From Clostridia bacterium (GTDB lineage: Bacteria; Bacillota; Clostridia; Oscillospirales; CAG-272): a stretch of 64,000 nucleotides of DNA. Location of the stretch: contig JAFTVG010000021.1 of assembly GCA_017465885.1 (NCBI GenBank), forward strand, positions 46,500 to 110,499, given 5' to 3'. Position numbers and translations under genes: made by a program. The notes beneath the pieces are model-generated. The model was not told where the DNA came from, ran no database searches, and saw nothing but the letters and a program-made list of their open reading frames with translations. This document shows positions 8,507 to 18,224 of this stretch, piece by piece. The first letter of the stretch is position 1, and each line of letters opens with the position of its first letter.

Positions 8507-9976
8507 ATGATCGTGGATAGATACAAAAAACTGATAAAAAACACGGGACTGATCACCCTGGGTACCTTCGGCTCAAAGCTTCTTCCCTTCATTCTGATCA
8601 GACTCTATACCTACGTTTTGCAGGACGGCGAATACAACACCGCCGACCTGATCACCCAAACGGCAAAGCTGATCATCCCCTTTGCCGCCCTGGGGCTTAC
8701 CGAAGGGCTCTTCCGCCTTGCCATGGAGGGTGAGGAGGAGCGGAGAAAAAAGGTCTTTTCGGCGGGCTTCGTGCTGTTTGGCGGCGGCTTTGCCCTGCTT
8801 TTGCCCCTCTTTCTGATTGCGCAGATCTTGCTTGGCGCGGCAGGCTCGGAGTTTTCAAATTACGTCTGGCTTATCGCTTTGTACGTCCTTTGCTCCTGTC
8901 TTCATTCGCTGGTCACCCAGTATATCCGCACCAAGGATCATTTCGCCTTCTTTTCTCTGCAGGGCGTAATCAACACTGCCCTTGTTGCGGCGCTGAATAT
9001 CGTCTTTCTCTATTTTAACGACTTCGGCGTCACCGGCTACGTGCTTTCGGTGGTGCTTGCCGACTTCATCGTCTTTTTGCTGATCTTCGTCAAGGAACGG
9101 CTGTGGCGCGATCTGGTGCCCGTGAGGAGCATCGAAAAGAGCATCTATAAAGAGATGGTGGGCTACAGCGTCCCCCTCATTCCCATGTCGGTTTCCTGGT
9201 GGGTCACCTCGGTTTCCGACCGCTATATGGTCAGATGGTTCGTGGACGATCCGAATATTGCCGACTTTTATTCGGCGGCGTACAAGATCCCAACGCTGGT
9301 CACCCTGCTTTGCACCGTCTTTTCTCAGGCGTGGAGCTATTCCTCGGTGGCGGAAAAGGACGAAAAGGAGCGCTCCTCCTTCTTTTCGGGAGTGTTTTCC
9401 TTCTATTCGGGGCTGCTTTTCGTTACCGCCGCAGGTATTATGGCATTCTGCAAGATCTTAACGAAGATCATGATGGACCCCTCCTACTATACCGCCTGGG
9501 AATATATTCCCGTGCTGGCGGGCGCAACGGTCTTTTCTGCCCTGGTCACCTTCGTTGGAAGCGTGTATACCGTGCGGATGAAGAGCACCTTCTCTATGTG
9601 GACTGCCATGATGGGGGCGGGGGTAAATATCCTTTTGAACCTGGTGCTTATCCCAAGGGAGCTGTTCGGCATTTCCCTTCCGGGGTTGGGGGCGATGGGT
9701 GCGGCGATTGCCACGCTCATCAGCTACGCCGCGGTCTTTGCAGTCAGAGCCCTGACGGCGGGACGGTACGTGAAATTCAAGATCGACCTGCCCCTGCTTT
9801 TTGCAAATATCGCCCTGCTTACAGGGCAGATCGTCTTCACTACCCTGTCGGGCGGGATGGGACTTGCTCTTCAGATCGGGGTGCAGGCGGCATTCCTTGC
9901 TCTGTCCCTTGCTTTAAACGGCAGAGTGCTGGCAAAAAAGATGGTGCCGATCCTCAAACGAAGGCTGAAGCGGTAA
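8507..9976 (+). CDS. Wzx-like polysaccharide flippase (MOP superfamily)
   Basis: Multi-TM protein; KNTGLITLGTFGSK, SDRYMV, YSAAYKIP motifs. Confidence 0.85.
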   Translation: MIVDRYKKLIKNTGLITLGTFGSKLLPFILIRLYTYVLQDGEYNTADLITQTAKLIIPFAALGLTEGLFRLAMEGEEERRKKVFSAGFVLFGGGFALLLPLFLIAQILLGAAGSEFSNYVWLIALYVLCSCLHSLVTQYIRTKDHFAFFSLQGVINTALVAALNIVFLYFNDFGVTGYVLSVVLADFIVFLLIFVKERLWRDLVPVRSIEKSIYKEMVGYSVPLIPMSVSWWVTSVSDRYMVRWFVDDPNIADFYSAAYKIPTLVTLLCTVFSQAWSYSSVAEKDEKERSSFFSGVFSFYSGLLFVTAAGIMAFCKILTKIMMDPSYYTAWEYIPVLAGATVFSALVTFVGSVYTVRMKSTFSMWTAMMGAGVNILLNLVLIPRELFGISLPGLGAMGAAIATLISYAAVFAVRALTAGRYVKFKIDLPLLFANIALLTGQIVFTTLSGGMGLALQIGVQAAFLALSLALNGRVLAKKMVPILKRRLKR

Positions 9977-10043
9977 ATATCCAAGGCAAATTAAATGCAA
10001 ACCCGTTTTGAAAGGCGAGGCGGGGAAAAATAAACCCAAAGCT

Positions 10044-10109
10044 CCAAAAGTTTTTGGGGTCGATCCCTTTTTACAAAAAGGGATCGCGGGGGATGGGGCA
10101 GAGCCCCAT
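10044..10109 (+). repeat. REP-like family 1, copy 3
   Basis: CCAAAAGTTTTTGGGG, CGATCCC-TTTTTACAAAAA-GGGATCG, ATGGGGC-AGA-GCCCCAT. Confidence 0.8.
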
Positions 10110-10153
10110 TATATAATAAAATAATCAACAAAATCGAAAGGTAGGGAAATAGT

Positions 10154-11218
10154 ATGGCACAACAGATCAGAAGAATCGGCGTGCTCACCTCGGGAGGCGA
10201 CGCGCCCGGTATGAACGCGGCAGTTCGTGCGGTGGTCAGACAGGCAAAGGAACACGACGTGGAGGTGGTTGCCGTATACGAGGGCTACAAGGGTCTGATC
10301 GAGGGCAACACCAAGCTCTTTGGTATGCGTGACGTATCCAACATCATCAACAAGGGCGGTACCATCCTTTATTCGGCAAGAAGCAAGGAATTCAAGACCG
10401 AAGAGGGAATGATCAAGGCGGTGGAGACTTGTCTTCGCAACGGCATCGAGGGTATGGTTTGCATCGGAGGTGACGGTACCTTCCGCGGTGCCACCGACCT
10501 GACCCGCAGAGGCATCCCCTGCATCGGTATTCCCGCGACCATCGACAACGACATCGCATCCACCGAATACACCATCGGCTACGACACCGCAATGAACACG
10601 GCGCTCCAGATGGTGGACAACCTGCGTGACACCTGCGAATCCCACTTCCGTTGCAACGTGGTGGAGATCATGGGCAGACACTCGGGCTACATCGCCGTAA
10701 ACGTGGGTCTTGCCACCGGTGCGGCACAGATCGTGGTGGGCGAGTTGCCCTTCGACGAGGAGAGAATGTACGAGGAGATCCTCATCGGTAAGAGCAGAAA
10801 GAAGAGACACTACATCATTATGGTTGCCGAGGGCGTGAAGGGCTACGCCGAGGAGCTGACCCAGAAGATCGAGGAGAGAACGGGCATCGAGACCCGCTTC
10901 ACCCGTCTTGGCCACGTGGTCAGAGGCGGCTCGCCCACTCTGCGCGACCGTGTTGCCGCGTCCAGAATGGGTATCGCGGCGGTGGACTATCTGCTGGAGG
11001 GCAAATCCAATATGGTGGTCTGCATGCACGGTGAAAACATCTCGTCTATGGACATCGAATACGCGCTGATGCTGGACAAGATGTACAAGAACAAGCTCAA
11101 GGATGGCGATCTGAAGAAGTATAACGAGGAAGAGGTTGCCAAAATGAGAGCCTACTGCGACAAGAAGGCAGAGGCGTTCAAGAAGCTGTACAACCAGGCT
11201 CTGGATATTTCTCAGTAA
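10154..11218 (+). CDS. pfkA: ATP-dependent 6-phosphofructokinase
   Basis: TSGGDAPGMNAA, GGDGT, TIDND, EIMGR motifs. Confidence 0.96.
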   Translation: MAQQIRRIGVLTSGGDAPGMNAAVRAVVRQAKEHDVEVVAVYEGYKGLIEGNTKLFGMRDVSNIINKGGTILYSARSKEFKTEEGMIKAVETCLRNGIEGMVCIGGDGTFRGATDLTRRGIPCIGIPATIDNDIASTEYTIGYDTAMNTALQMVDNLRDTCESHFRCNVVEIMGRHSGYIAVNVGLATGAAQIVVGELPFDEERMYEEILIGKSRKKRHYIIMVAEGVKGYAEELTQKIEERTGIETRFTRLGHVVRGGSPTLRDRVAASRMGIAAVDYLLEGKSNMVVCMHGENISSMDIEYALMLDKMYKNKLKDGDLKKYNEEEVAKMRAYCDKKAEAFKKLYNQALDISQ

Positions 11219-11318
11219 TCCCTTTCCATTTTACAAAAGACAGCAGGAACAAGCGGCGGGGCGGCAGAAGCGATCGCCCCGCTTTTGTTTCAAGAAGGAC
11301 GATGAAGGCGGTGTGGCG

Positions 11319-12866
11319 ATGATATCGACGGTATATACGGCGGGCGTAGAGGGCGTTACCGGCTTTTCGGTGAGCGTGGAATGTGCGCTAAACGAGGTGC
11401 TTGACGAAAAAAGCGGCGGCTTTGACGTGGTGGGACTGCCCGACAACGCGGTGAAGGAAGCCAAGGAACGGGTGAAGAACGCCATCCTTTCGGCAGGCTG
11501 TATCTTTCCCGTCTGCGCCAGGATCACGGTGAATATGGCACCTGCCGACAAGAAAAAGGCGGGCTCGGGCTACGATCTTGCCCTGCTGATGGCGGTGCTT
11601 GCGGCGGACGGACAGGTCAAGGAGGACGTTTCCGACTGCTGTTTTATCGGCGAGCTTTCCCTTTCGGGCAAGCTAAGACCCGTCAGCGGCGTGCTTTCCA
11701 TGGTCCTTTCTTCAAGGCAGGCGGGCATCAAGAGAGTGTTCGTGGCAAAGGAAAACGCCCCCGAGGCATCGGTGGTGGAGGGCGTTTCGGTCTACGGCGT
11801 GAAGGACGTTTCGGCGCTTCTTTCCCACATTTCGGGCAAGGAGCTGATCGAAAAGAGCGTTTTCGATCGCCGCACCTATCTTTCGGAAAGAGGCAGAGCA
11901 AGGGTGGACCTTGCCGACGTGAAGGGTCAGCAGAGCGCCAAGAGGGCGCTGGAGATCGCCGCGGCAGGCGGTCACAATCTGCTCTTCATCGGCCCTCCCG
12001 GCACGGGAAAAAGTATGCTGGCAGGGTGTCTTCCCGGCATTTTGCCCTCCCTTTCCTTCGAGGAGGCTTTAGAGAGCACCACCATCCATTCCTGCGCGGG
12101 GGTATTGCCGCCCGAGCAGGCGCTCCTTTCTTCAAGACCCTTCCGCTCACCCCACCACACCATGTCCTCGGTGGCATTGGCAGGCGGAGGAGCGGTGCCG
12201 CGACCGGGAGAGGTGTCGCTGGCACACAACGGCGTGCTCTTCCTTGACGAGCTGCCCGAGTTTCCAAAGCAAGTGACCGAGATCCTGCGCCAGCCCTTGG
12301 AGGATGGCAGGATCACCATCACCCGTGCCATGGGAAGATGCACCTTTCCCACCCGCTTTATGCTGGTTTGCGCTATGAATCCCTGCAAATGCGGCTATTA
12401 CGGTCATCCCACCAAGAAATGCACCTGCCGCAAGGATGAGATCGGCAAGTATATGGCGAAGATCTCAGGCCCCCTGCTTGACCGCATCGACATCCAGGTG
12501 GAGGTGTCGTCGCTGACCTACGAGGAGCTGTCAAGTGCCGCGCCGGGAGAAGCCTCGGCTGTGGTGAAGGACAGGGTGGAGACGGCAAGAAATTTTGCAA
12601 GAGCACGCTACGAAAAGGCGGGCAGTACCTTTGGAAGCAACGCCGCTTTAACGCCCGCAGGGGTGCGCACCTTCTGCGCCCTTGACGAGGAGGGCGACGC
12701 CATCCTGCGCTCGGCTTACGAGAGCCTGGGGCTTTCGGCAAGAGGACACGACCGCATTTTAAGGGTGGCAAGGACCATCGCGGATCTGGAGGGCAGCGAG
12801 CGCATCGGAGCGATGCACGTGGCAGAGGCCATCCAGCTGCGCTCTCTGGACCGCAAATATTTCTGA
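11319..12866 (+). CDS. comM: YifB/ComM Mg-chelatase-like AAA+ ATPase
   Basis: VGLPDNAVKEAKERV, GPPGTGKS, LFLDELPEF, SGPLLDRID. Confidence 0.92.
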   Translation: MISTVYTAGVEGVTGFSVSVECALNEVLDEKSGGFDVVGLPDNAVKEAKERVKNAILSAGCIFPVCARITVNMAPADKKKAGSGYDLALLMAVLAADGQVKEDVSDCCFIGELSLSGKLRPVSGVLSMVLSSRQAGIKRVFVAKENAPEASVVEGVSVYGVKDVSALLSHISGKELIEKSVFDRRTYLSERGRARVDLADVKGQQSAKRALEIAAAGGHNLLFIGPPGTGKSMLAGCLPGILPSLSFEEALESTTIHSCAGVLPPEQALLSSRPFRSPHHTMSSVALAGGGAVPRPGEVSLAHNGVLFLDELPEFPKQVTEILRQPLEDGRITITRAMGRCTFPTRFMLVCAMNPCKCGYYGHPTKKCTCRKDEIGKYMAKISGPLLDRIDIQVEVSSLTYEELSSAAPGEASAVVKDRVETARNFARARYEKAGSTFGSNAALTPAGVRTFCALDEEGDAILRSAYESLGLSARGHDRILRVARTIADLEGSERIGAMHVAEAIQLRSLDRKYF

Positions 12867-12991
12867 GCTCCCGCAAAAGAAAAGAGCAGGGCAAAGAGAA
12901 AGATCTCCCTTTTTTCTCTTTATTCCGTGCGTTTTTTACCCTTTAAAAGGGCAAGTGGGAACGAATCACCCGTTTACATTCTCGTTACATG

Positions 12992-13151
12992 TTATTCACG
13001 GAAAATACACGAACTTGAGGGTCACCTGTGGATAACTCTGTGAAGATTGTTGATAACTTTAAGAAAAGTGCCAAAAATCCTCTTTTTTCGGGCTTTTCTG
13101 CCTGTGGATAACTTTTTTGTCCCGCTGTGGAAAACTGCATTTTTGCCCACA
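12992..13151. promoter_or_regulatory. Cluster of DnaA boxes
   Basis: Perfect TGTGGATAA at 13027 and 13103; one-mismatch copies at 13048 and 13126; weaker at 12992 and 13143. Confidence 0.7.
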
Positions 13152-13175
13152 GCGGGCAGATATGAAAGGATCGAT

Positions 13176-14285
13176 ATGATGAAAAGAATTTTACTGCTTG
13201 TGCTTGCCCTGCTGACGGTGCTGAGCGCCACCTCCTGCGGCAGGGTCACTCAGCTTGTTGGGGGTACGCAGGAGAGCACGCCCGCATCCGAAGAGTCTGT
13301 TTCTCCCGCACCCCAAGAGAGCAAGGAGCAATCCGATAGCGATGCGGCGGTGAGCGCACCCTCAATTCTGGATATTCCCGAGGATGCCCGCTACACTGCC
13401 ACCGTGCTGACGGTGGGGGACGTGAAGATCAGCTACGGACTTTACCGCTACTATTACCGCAACATTGCCGACAGCATGGCGGGGGAGGACGGCGACTACT
13501 TCAAGAACAACCCCGATAAGCTTGCCGAGCTTGAAGAGCGGGCGATCGAGCAGTGCAAGGTGGTGGCGTCCTACTATCTGATGGCGCAGAAGGCGGGCTA
13601 CACTCTGCCTGATGAAAAGGAACTGGAGGAGGCTTTCGTTGAATACGTCAAGACCTACGAGCCCATGTATCCCTTGTACTACGGAGTGAGCCTGGCGGAC
13701 TATCTGAAGCAGAGCTATATGACTCTGTCCACCTACAAGACCATGTTCGTGGTCAACGAATATCTCGGTGAGCCGATCTATAACTATCTTTCCGACGAGA
13801 AAAACGGGATGCTGGATCTTTCACAGCAGGCGCTGGAAAAGGCGCTGGAGGAATACCGCTGTGTCAAGCACATTTTGGTGGGCTACAGCGACGGTCTGAA
13901 GGACGAGGAGGCACTTACCCTTGCCCGCGATCTTGCAAAGCAGCTCAGAGAAGGCGGGGACATTGATGCCCTGATGAAGGAATACAGCAACGACTATCAG
14001 CAGGACGGACAAAACGCCTATACCTTCACCTACGGCGAGATGGTAAAGGAGTTTGAGGACACCGCCTTCAGTATGGAGGTGGGTCAGGTCAGCGATCCGG
14101 TCAAGTCCACCTACGGCTACCACGTGATCGTCCGTCTGGAGATCGACAAGGAAGCCTTTGAAAAGGCACAGTTCAAGGAGATCGCGGTAAGCAATGCCTT
14201 CACTGCCTTCGTGGAGGGGCAAAACGGCACCCTGCTTGAGGCGTTTGAAGAGCAGTGCACCTATGAAAAGCTGATGGCAGACTAA
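13176..14285 (+). CDS. Parvulin-type PPIase lipoprotein (PrsA-like)
   Basis: Lipobox ATS-C; KHILV, MVKEFEDTAF, PVKSTYGYHVI. Confidence 0.88.
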   Translation: MMKRILLLVLALLTVLSATSCGRVTQLVGGTQESTPASEESVSPAPQESKEQSDSDAAVSAPSILDIPEDARYTATVLTVGDVKISYGLYRYYYRNIADSMAGEDGDYFKNNPDKLAELEERAIEQCKVVASYYLMAQKAGYTLPDEKELEEAFVEYVKTYEPMYPLYYGVSLADYLKQSYMTLSTYKTMFVVNEYLGEPIYNYLSDEKNGMLDLSQQALEKALEEYRCVKHILVGYSDGLKDEEALTLARDLAKQLREGGDIDALMKEYSNDYQQDGQNAYTFTYGEMVKEFEDTAFSMEVGQVSDPVKSTYGYHVIVRLEIDKEAFEKAQFKEIAVSNAFTAFVEGQNGTLLEAFEEQCTYEKLMAD

Positions 14286-14402
14286 AAAAGACAGCACCCT
14301 TTGGCGTGATGCTCCAAGCGGAGCACACGCCAAAGGGCGCAGACTTATTTTGCGGGAATGCTCTTGATTTTTTTCTTTCGAGGCGGTATAATGAAGGGCG
14401 GA

Positions 14403-15356
14403 TCAGCCCTTTTTTCTTTTCTTGAAGACCAGCTGGGCGATGACGATGCCGCAAAAGGCAAGGCTGCAGCCGAAGATCTGGTTGAAGGACAGGGCAAAGG
14501 GAGCGCCGAAAATGCCCGTGAGCGCGCAAAGCCATTCGGACAGCAGAGCGATGACCGATTCGGTGCTCATCAGCACCGAGGCAAGGGCGGGCGGGGTGCG
14601 CTTTTGTGCGGCGATCTGCAGGGTGTAGGCGATGGCAGAGGAGCAAACGCCTGCATAGACGATGGGAAACCAGGCGCGTGCGATCAGACTCGGGGAGGGC
14701 TGCTCAAAGAGCAGTGCCGCCGCAAGGGAAAGTACGCCCCCGACGGTGAACTGGATGAAGGAAAGGACGATGGGATCGGCACGGTCGAAGCGGTCGATGA
14801 CCATAATATGCACCGCATAGCAGAAGGCACAGCAGAGGATGAGCAGCTGACCCATGCCAAAGCCCCCCTCCTCCTGCCCTCTGATGCAGAGGAAATACAG
14901 ACCCACGGCGGTGATCACAGCGCCGAGCAGGACGTTGGGCGCCACCCGCCTTTTGTAGAGCACCAGACCGAGCAGCGGGACGATGAACATATAAACGGCG
15001 GTCAGAAAGCCGGCGTCGCCCGCGCTTGCCCCCAGATGGATGCCGTATTGCTGAAAGGCTGAGGCGACAGCCAGAGCTATGCCGCATAAAAGCCCGCCTG
15101 TCAGCGTTTTTTTGTCAAAAAGCGGGGCGATCTCTCCCCGAAAGGAGCTTTTTTTCCTTTTTGCGCCGATGAGTGCGCGCACAAGGATCACTGCAAGCAG
15201 GGCGAGAGCGCCCACGAAGGAGCGGGCGGCAAGATAGGAAAAGGGCGAGAGCTGCTCCGCCGCACTGCTTTGCGCAACAAAGGTGGATCCCCAGAAAAAG
15301 GAGGCAAGCAGCAGCATCAGGCTTCCGGTGAGCGTTCTTTTAAGCGATCGATCCAT
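14403..15356 (-). CDS. DMT/EamA family transporter
   Basis: FFWGSTFVAQ, AGFLTAVY, AYTLQIAAQK; ~10 TM helices. Confidence 0.9.
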   Translation of the reverse strand: MDRSLKRTLTGSLMLLLASFFWGSTFVAQSSAAEQLSPFSYLAARSFVGALALLAVILVRALIGAKRKKSSFRGEIAPLFDKKTLTGGLLCGIALAVASAFQQYGIHLGASAGDAGFLTAVYMFIVPLLGLVLYKRRVAPNVLLGAVITAVGLYFLCIRGQEEGGFGMGQLLILCCAFCYAVHIMVIDRFDRADPIVLSFIQFTVGGVLSLAAALLFEQPSPSLIARAWFPIVYAGVCSSAIAYTLQIAAQKRTPPALASVLMSTESVIALLSEWLCALTGIFGAPFALSFNQIFGCSLAFCGIVIAQLVFKKRKKG

Positions 15357-15544
15357 AAGAGTTTTCCAAAAACAGTCCTTGATTTTCTGAAGTGAGGGTA
15401 CGCAGGCGCGATCCCGAGTTATTATACAAAAGAAGTCCCCTTTTGTCAAGAGAAGGGGAAGAGGTCGTCCCAAAAATCCTTTTTAAAAGAAAGGGCGGAC
15501 TGTAACGAAGAAAGATCATTATATAAAATAAAGAGGTAAAGAAT

Positions 15545-16363
15545 ATGGCAGAATATTTATCTTGCGTGCACACCCACACCGAATTTTGCGACGGAAAGAG
15601 CAGTATGGAGGAAATGGTGCTTGCCGCACTGGAAATGAACTACAAAAGCCTTGGCTTCTCGCCCCACTCCCCCCTGCCTTACGAAAACGACTGGGCGATG
15701 AAGAAAGAGGATCTGCCCGCCTATTTTGCCGAGCATGCCCGTCTGAAGCGCCTTTACGGTGACCGCATCGACCTGCTGTGCGGTATAGAGTGGGATGAAG
15801 AGTCGACCGACCTGCCCGACGGGCTTGACTACGTGATCGGATCGGTGCACTCCTTTTCAAAGAGAGGGATCCATTTTTCGGTGGACTACTCCAAGGACCT
15901 GCTTGCCCGCGTGGTGAAAGAGGGGTACGACGGCGATTTTCTTGCCCTTTGCGCCGATTATTACGAGCTTTTGTGCACTCAGGGAGCGAAAAAGCAGGTG
16001 GACATCCTGGGGCATTTCGATCTGTTCTTCAAATACAATAAGGATGGATGCTTTATAGACGAAAACGATCCCCGCTATCTTGCCCTTGCCTTCAAGGCGG
16101 CAGACGAGCTGGTCCTGGCGCGCCCCGATCTGTATTTTGAGATCAACGTGGGGGGAATGGCGCGGGCAGGCAGACCCTACCCCTATCCCGCACCTGCGGT
16201 GCTTTGCCGCCTGAAGGAGAGAGGAGCGCGCTTCGTGCTCACGGGGGACTGTCACAGCGTGGAGCAGCTGAAGAGAGGATACGGGGCGGTGGACGTCTCC
16301 TTCCTTGACCGTCTTTCGGGCTCGCTATATCTGCTTGACGGCAGAGGATTCGTGCTTTTTTGA
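15545..16363 (+). CDS. PHP-family phosphatase (HisJ/HisK histidinol-phosphatase-like)
   Basis: HTHTEFCDG, IGSVH, GHFD, GDCH. Confidence 0.87.
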   Translation: MAEYLSCVHTHTEFCDGKSSMEEMVLAALEMNYKSLGFSPHSPLPYENDWAMKKEDLPAYFAEHARLKRLYGDRIDLLCGIEWDEESTDLPDGLDYVIGSVHSFSKRGIHFSVDYSKDLLARVVKEGYDGDFLALCADYYELLCTQGAKKQVDILGHFDLFFKYNKDGCFIDENDPRYLALAFKAADELVLARPDLYFEINVGGMARAGRPYPYPAPAVLCRLKERGARFVLTGDCHSVEQLKRGYGAVDVSFLDRLSGSLYLLDGRGFVLF

Positions 16364-16482
16364 AAAAGACATTTTTTGGGCGTTTCCCATTTAAAGGATA
16401 AAGAGGCATTCTGTTCATGGGTTTGTCATAAAAAATGTACGACTTGTACACATTATCCCTGAAAATTCGAGGAAAAGAAGTA

Positions 16483-16511
16483 TTGACAATCGGAGAAAAA
16501 TAGAGTATAAT
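16483..16511 (+). promoter_or_regulatory. Consensus sigma-A promoter
   Basis: TTGACA-17 bp-TATAAT. Confidence 0.8.
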
Positions 16512-16549
16512 AATCATGCAGTAATAAATTTTAAATGGAGGTTTTTCAC

Positions 16550-18145
16550 ATGAAAACATTCTGCAGAATCATTGCGGCTCTGTTGGTTGCACTCATGATG
16601 ATCACCGCTTTTGCTGCTTGCGACAAGCCCAAGAAGACCGAGCCTGCCGACAAGCCCACGCAGGGTGATGACACTTCTGAGAGCACTTCCGAGCCCGAAA
16701 TCAACCATCCCGATATCAACGAGAAGTTCAACGGCGAAGTTATCAAGTTCGCTATCAACGGCGAAGGCCTGAACTCCCGTTCCATCGACCTGGGTGAAGA
16801 GGACGACCCCAACTACGAGGTTAACGTTCAGGTTTCCAAGAGAAACGCACAGGTTGAGGAAGAGCTGGGTGTAGACATTGAGCTGGCATACGTTGGCGCA
16901 ATGCAGGAGTTCTTCGGCGTGCTGCAGCCCATTCTGGCTTCCGAGCTGTACGTTTATGACGTTCTGGGTCTGTATCAGTACTTCGATCTGGGTCTGGCAC
17001 TGGGCGACACCGTAGGTTCCTTCTACAACCTGCTGGATATGCCCGAGGGCGTGAACAACTACCTGAATCTGGACGCTTCTTACTGGAGCCGCACCCTTCT
17101 GGACGCTCTGTCCTACAAGGACGTTGCGTTCTTCGTAACCGGCGACCTGAACCAGTCCTACACTTCCACCATGTTCGTATCCTACGTTAACGCTGTTATG
17201 TGGCAGGAATACGCCGACAAGATCGCTGCATGCGAGAACTCCGGCGGCTACAAGGACATCTATGACATCGTAAACAACGGTTACTGGACTCTGGACCTGT
17301 GGATGGAGCTGGCTCAGATGGCATATCTGGACGACGGTGACAACATCCCCAACTACACCGACCAGGCAGGCTTCATGACCTATGACCAGCAGCTGAACAA
17401 CATCATGGTCGATATGCTGGTTGCAGGTAGTAACATCCGTTACTCCAAGCTGACCGGTGAAGGCACTCCCAAGGTTGACATCAACAACTCCAAGAACAAC
17501 GAGTTCTACAACAAGCTCTACCAGCTGCTGTGCGAGTCCAAGACCGTTACCATTCCGTGGCTGGGCAGCGAGGATGAGGATTCCGATCTGTACATCCTGG
17601 ACGTTTTCGCAGAAGGTAAGGTTCTGCTGAACGTAAACACTCTGGCAGGCGCTGAGCAGTACCTCTCCAACATGGAAAAGGACTTCTACGTAATGCCTCT
17701 GCCCATGTTCAACCATGAGCAGTTCAACCCCAACAGCCCCTCCAAGGGCTACACCACTCAGCTGGGTGACTCCGTTTCTCAGTACGCTATCTGCACCGCT
17801 ATCGGCGACGAAAAGCTTCCTGCAGTTACCGCTACTCTGGAACTGATGGCATTCTACTCTGAGCTGTGGGTAACTCCCGCTTACTACGAGACCGCTCTGA
17901 AGGAGCGTTACACTCGTGACCCCAGAAACCCTGAGATGATCGATATGATCAAGGAAGGTATCTACACTGACTTCGTGCTGATCTGGTCCAGCAGACTTGA
18001 CAACATCACTTGGCAGTGGAGACAGCACTTCACCGAGAAGGGTAAGATCGACAACAACCTGAGAAGCTGGGACAGAAACGTTACCGGTAAGCTCAACGGT
18101 TCTCTGCTTGAAGAGATCGAGACTGCATTCTGGGTACAGAAGTAA
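16550..18145 (+). CDS. Extracellular solute-binding lipoprotein (ABC carbohydrate-binding type)
   Basis: Lipobox FAA-C; RNAQVEEELGV, G.WTLD, TPAYYE.ALK pattern; strongly biased codons. Confidence 0.82.
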   Translation: MKTFCRIIAALLVALMMITAFAACDKPKKTEPADKPTQGDDTSESTSEPEINHPDINEKFNGEVIKFAINGEGLNSRSIDLGEEDDPNYEVNVQVSKRNAQVEEELGVDIELAYVGAMQEFFGVLQPILASELYVYDVLGLYQYFDLGLALGDTVGSFYNLLDMPEGVNNYLNLDASYWSRTLLDALSYKDVAFFVTGDLNQSYTSTMFVSYVNAVMWQEYADKIAACENSGGYKDIYDIVNNGYWTLDLWMELAQMAYLDDGDNIPNYTDQAGFMTYDQQLNNIMVDMLVAGSNIRYSKLTGEGTPKVDINNSKNNEFYNKLYQLLCESKTVTIPWLGSEDEDSDLYILDVFAEGKVLLNVNTLAGAEQYLSNMEKDFYVMPLPMFNHEQFNPNSPSKGYTTQLGDSVSQYAICTAIGDEKLPAVTATLELMAFYSELWVTPAYYETALKERYTRDPRNPEMIDMIKEGIYTDFVLIWSSRLDNITWQWRQHFTEKGKIDNNLRSWDRNVTGKLNGSLLEEIETAFWVQK

Positions 18146-18177
18146 TTCTTCTGCGAACTGAATATTAGTTCATAAGG

Positions 18178-18212
18178 AACTGCCGTTGCGCGAAAGCGCA
18201 ACGGCAGTTTTT
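18178..18212 (+). terminator. Rho-independent terminator
   Basis: AACTGCCGTTGCGC-GAAA-GCGCAACGGCAGTT then T-run. Confidence 0.85.
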
Positions 18213-18224
18213 GTTTCTATAATA

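Noticed and set aside
16514-18028. 504-aa minus-strand ORF
   Set aside because: Antisense shadow of the solute-binding lipoprotein
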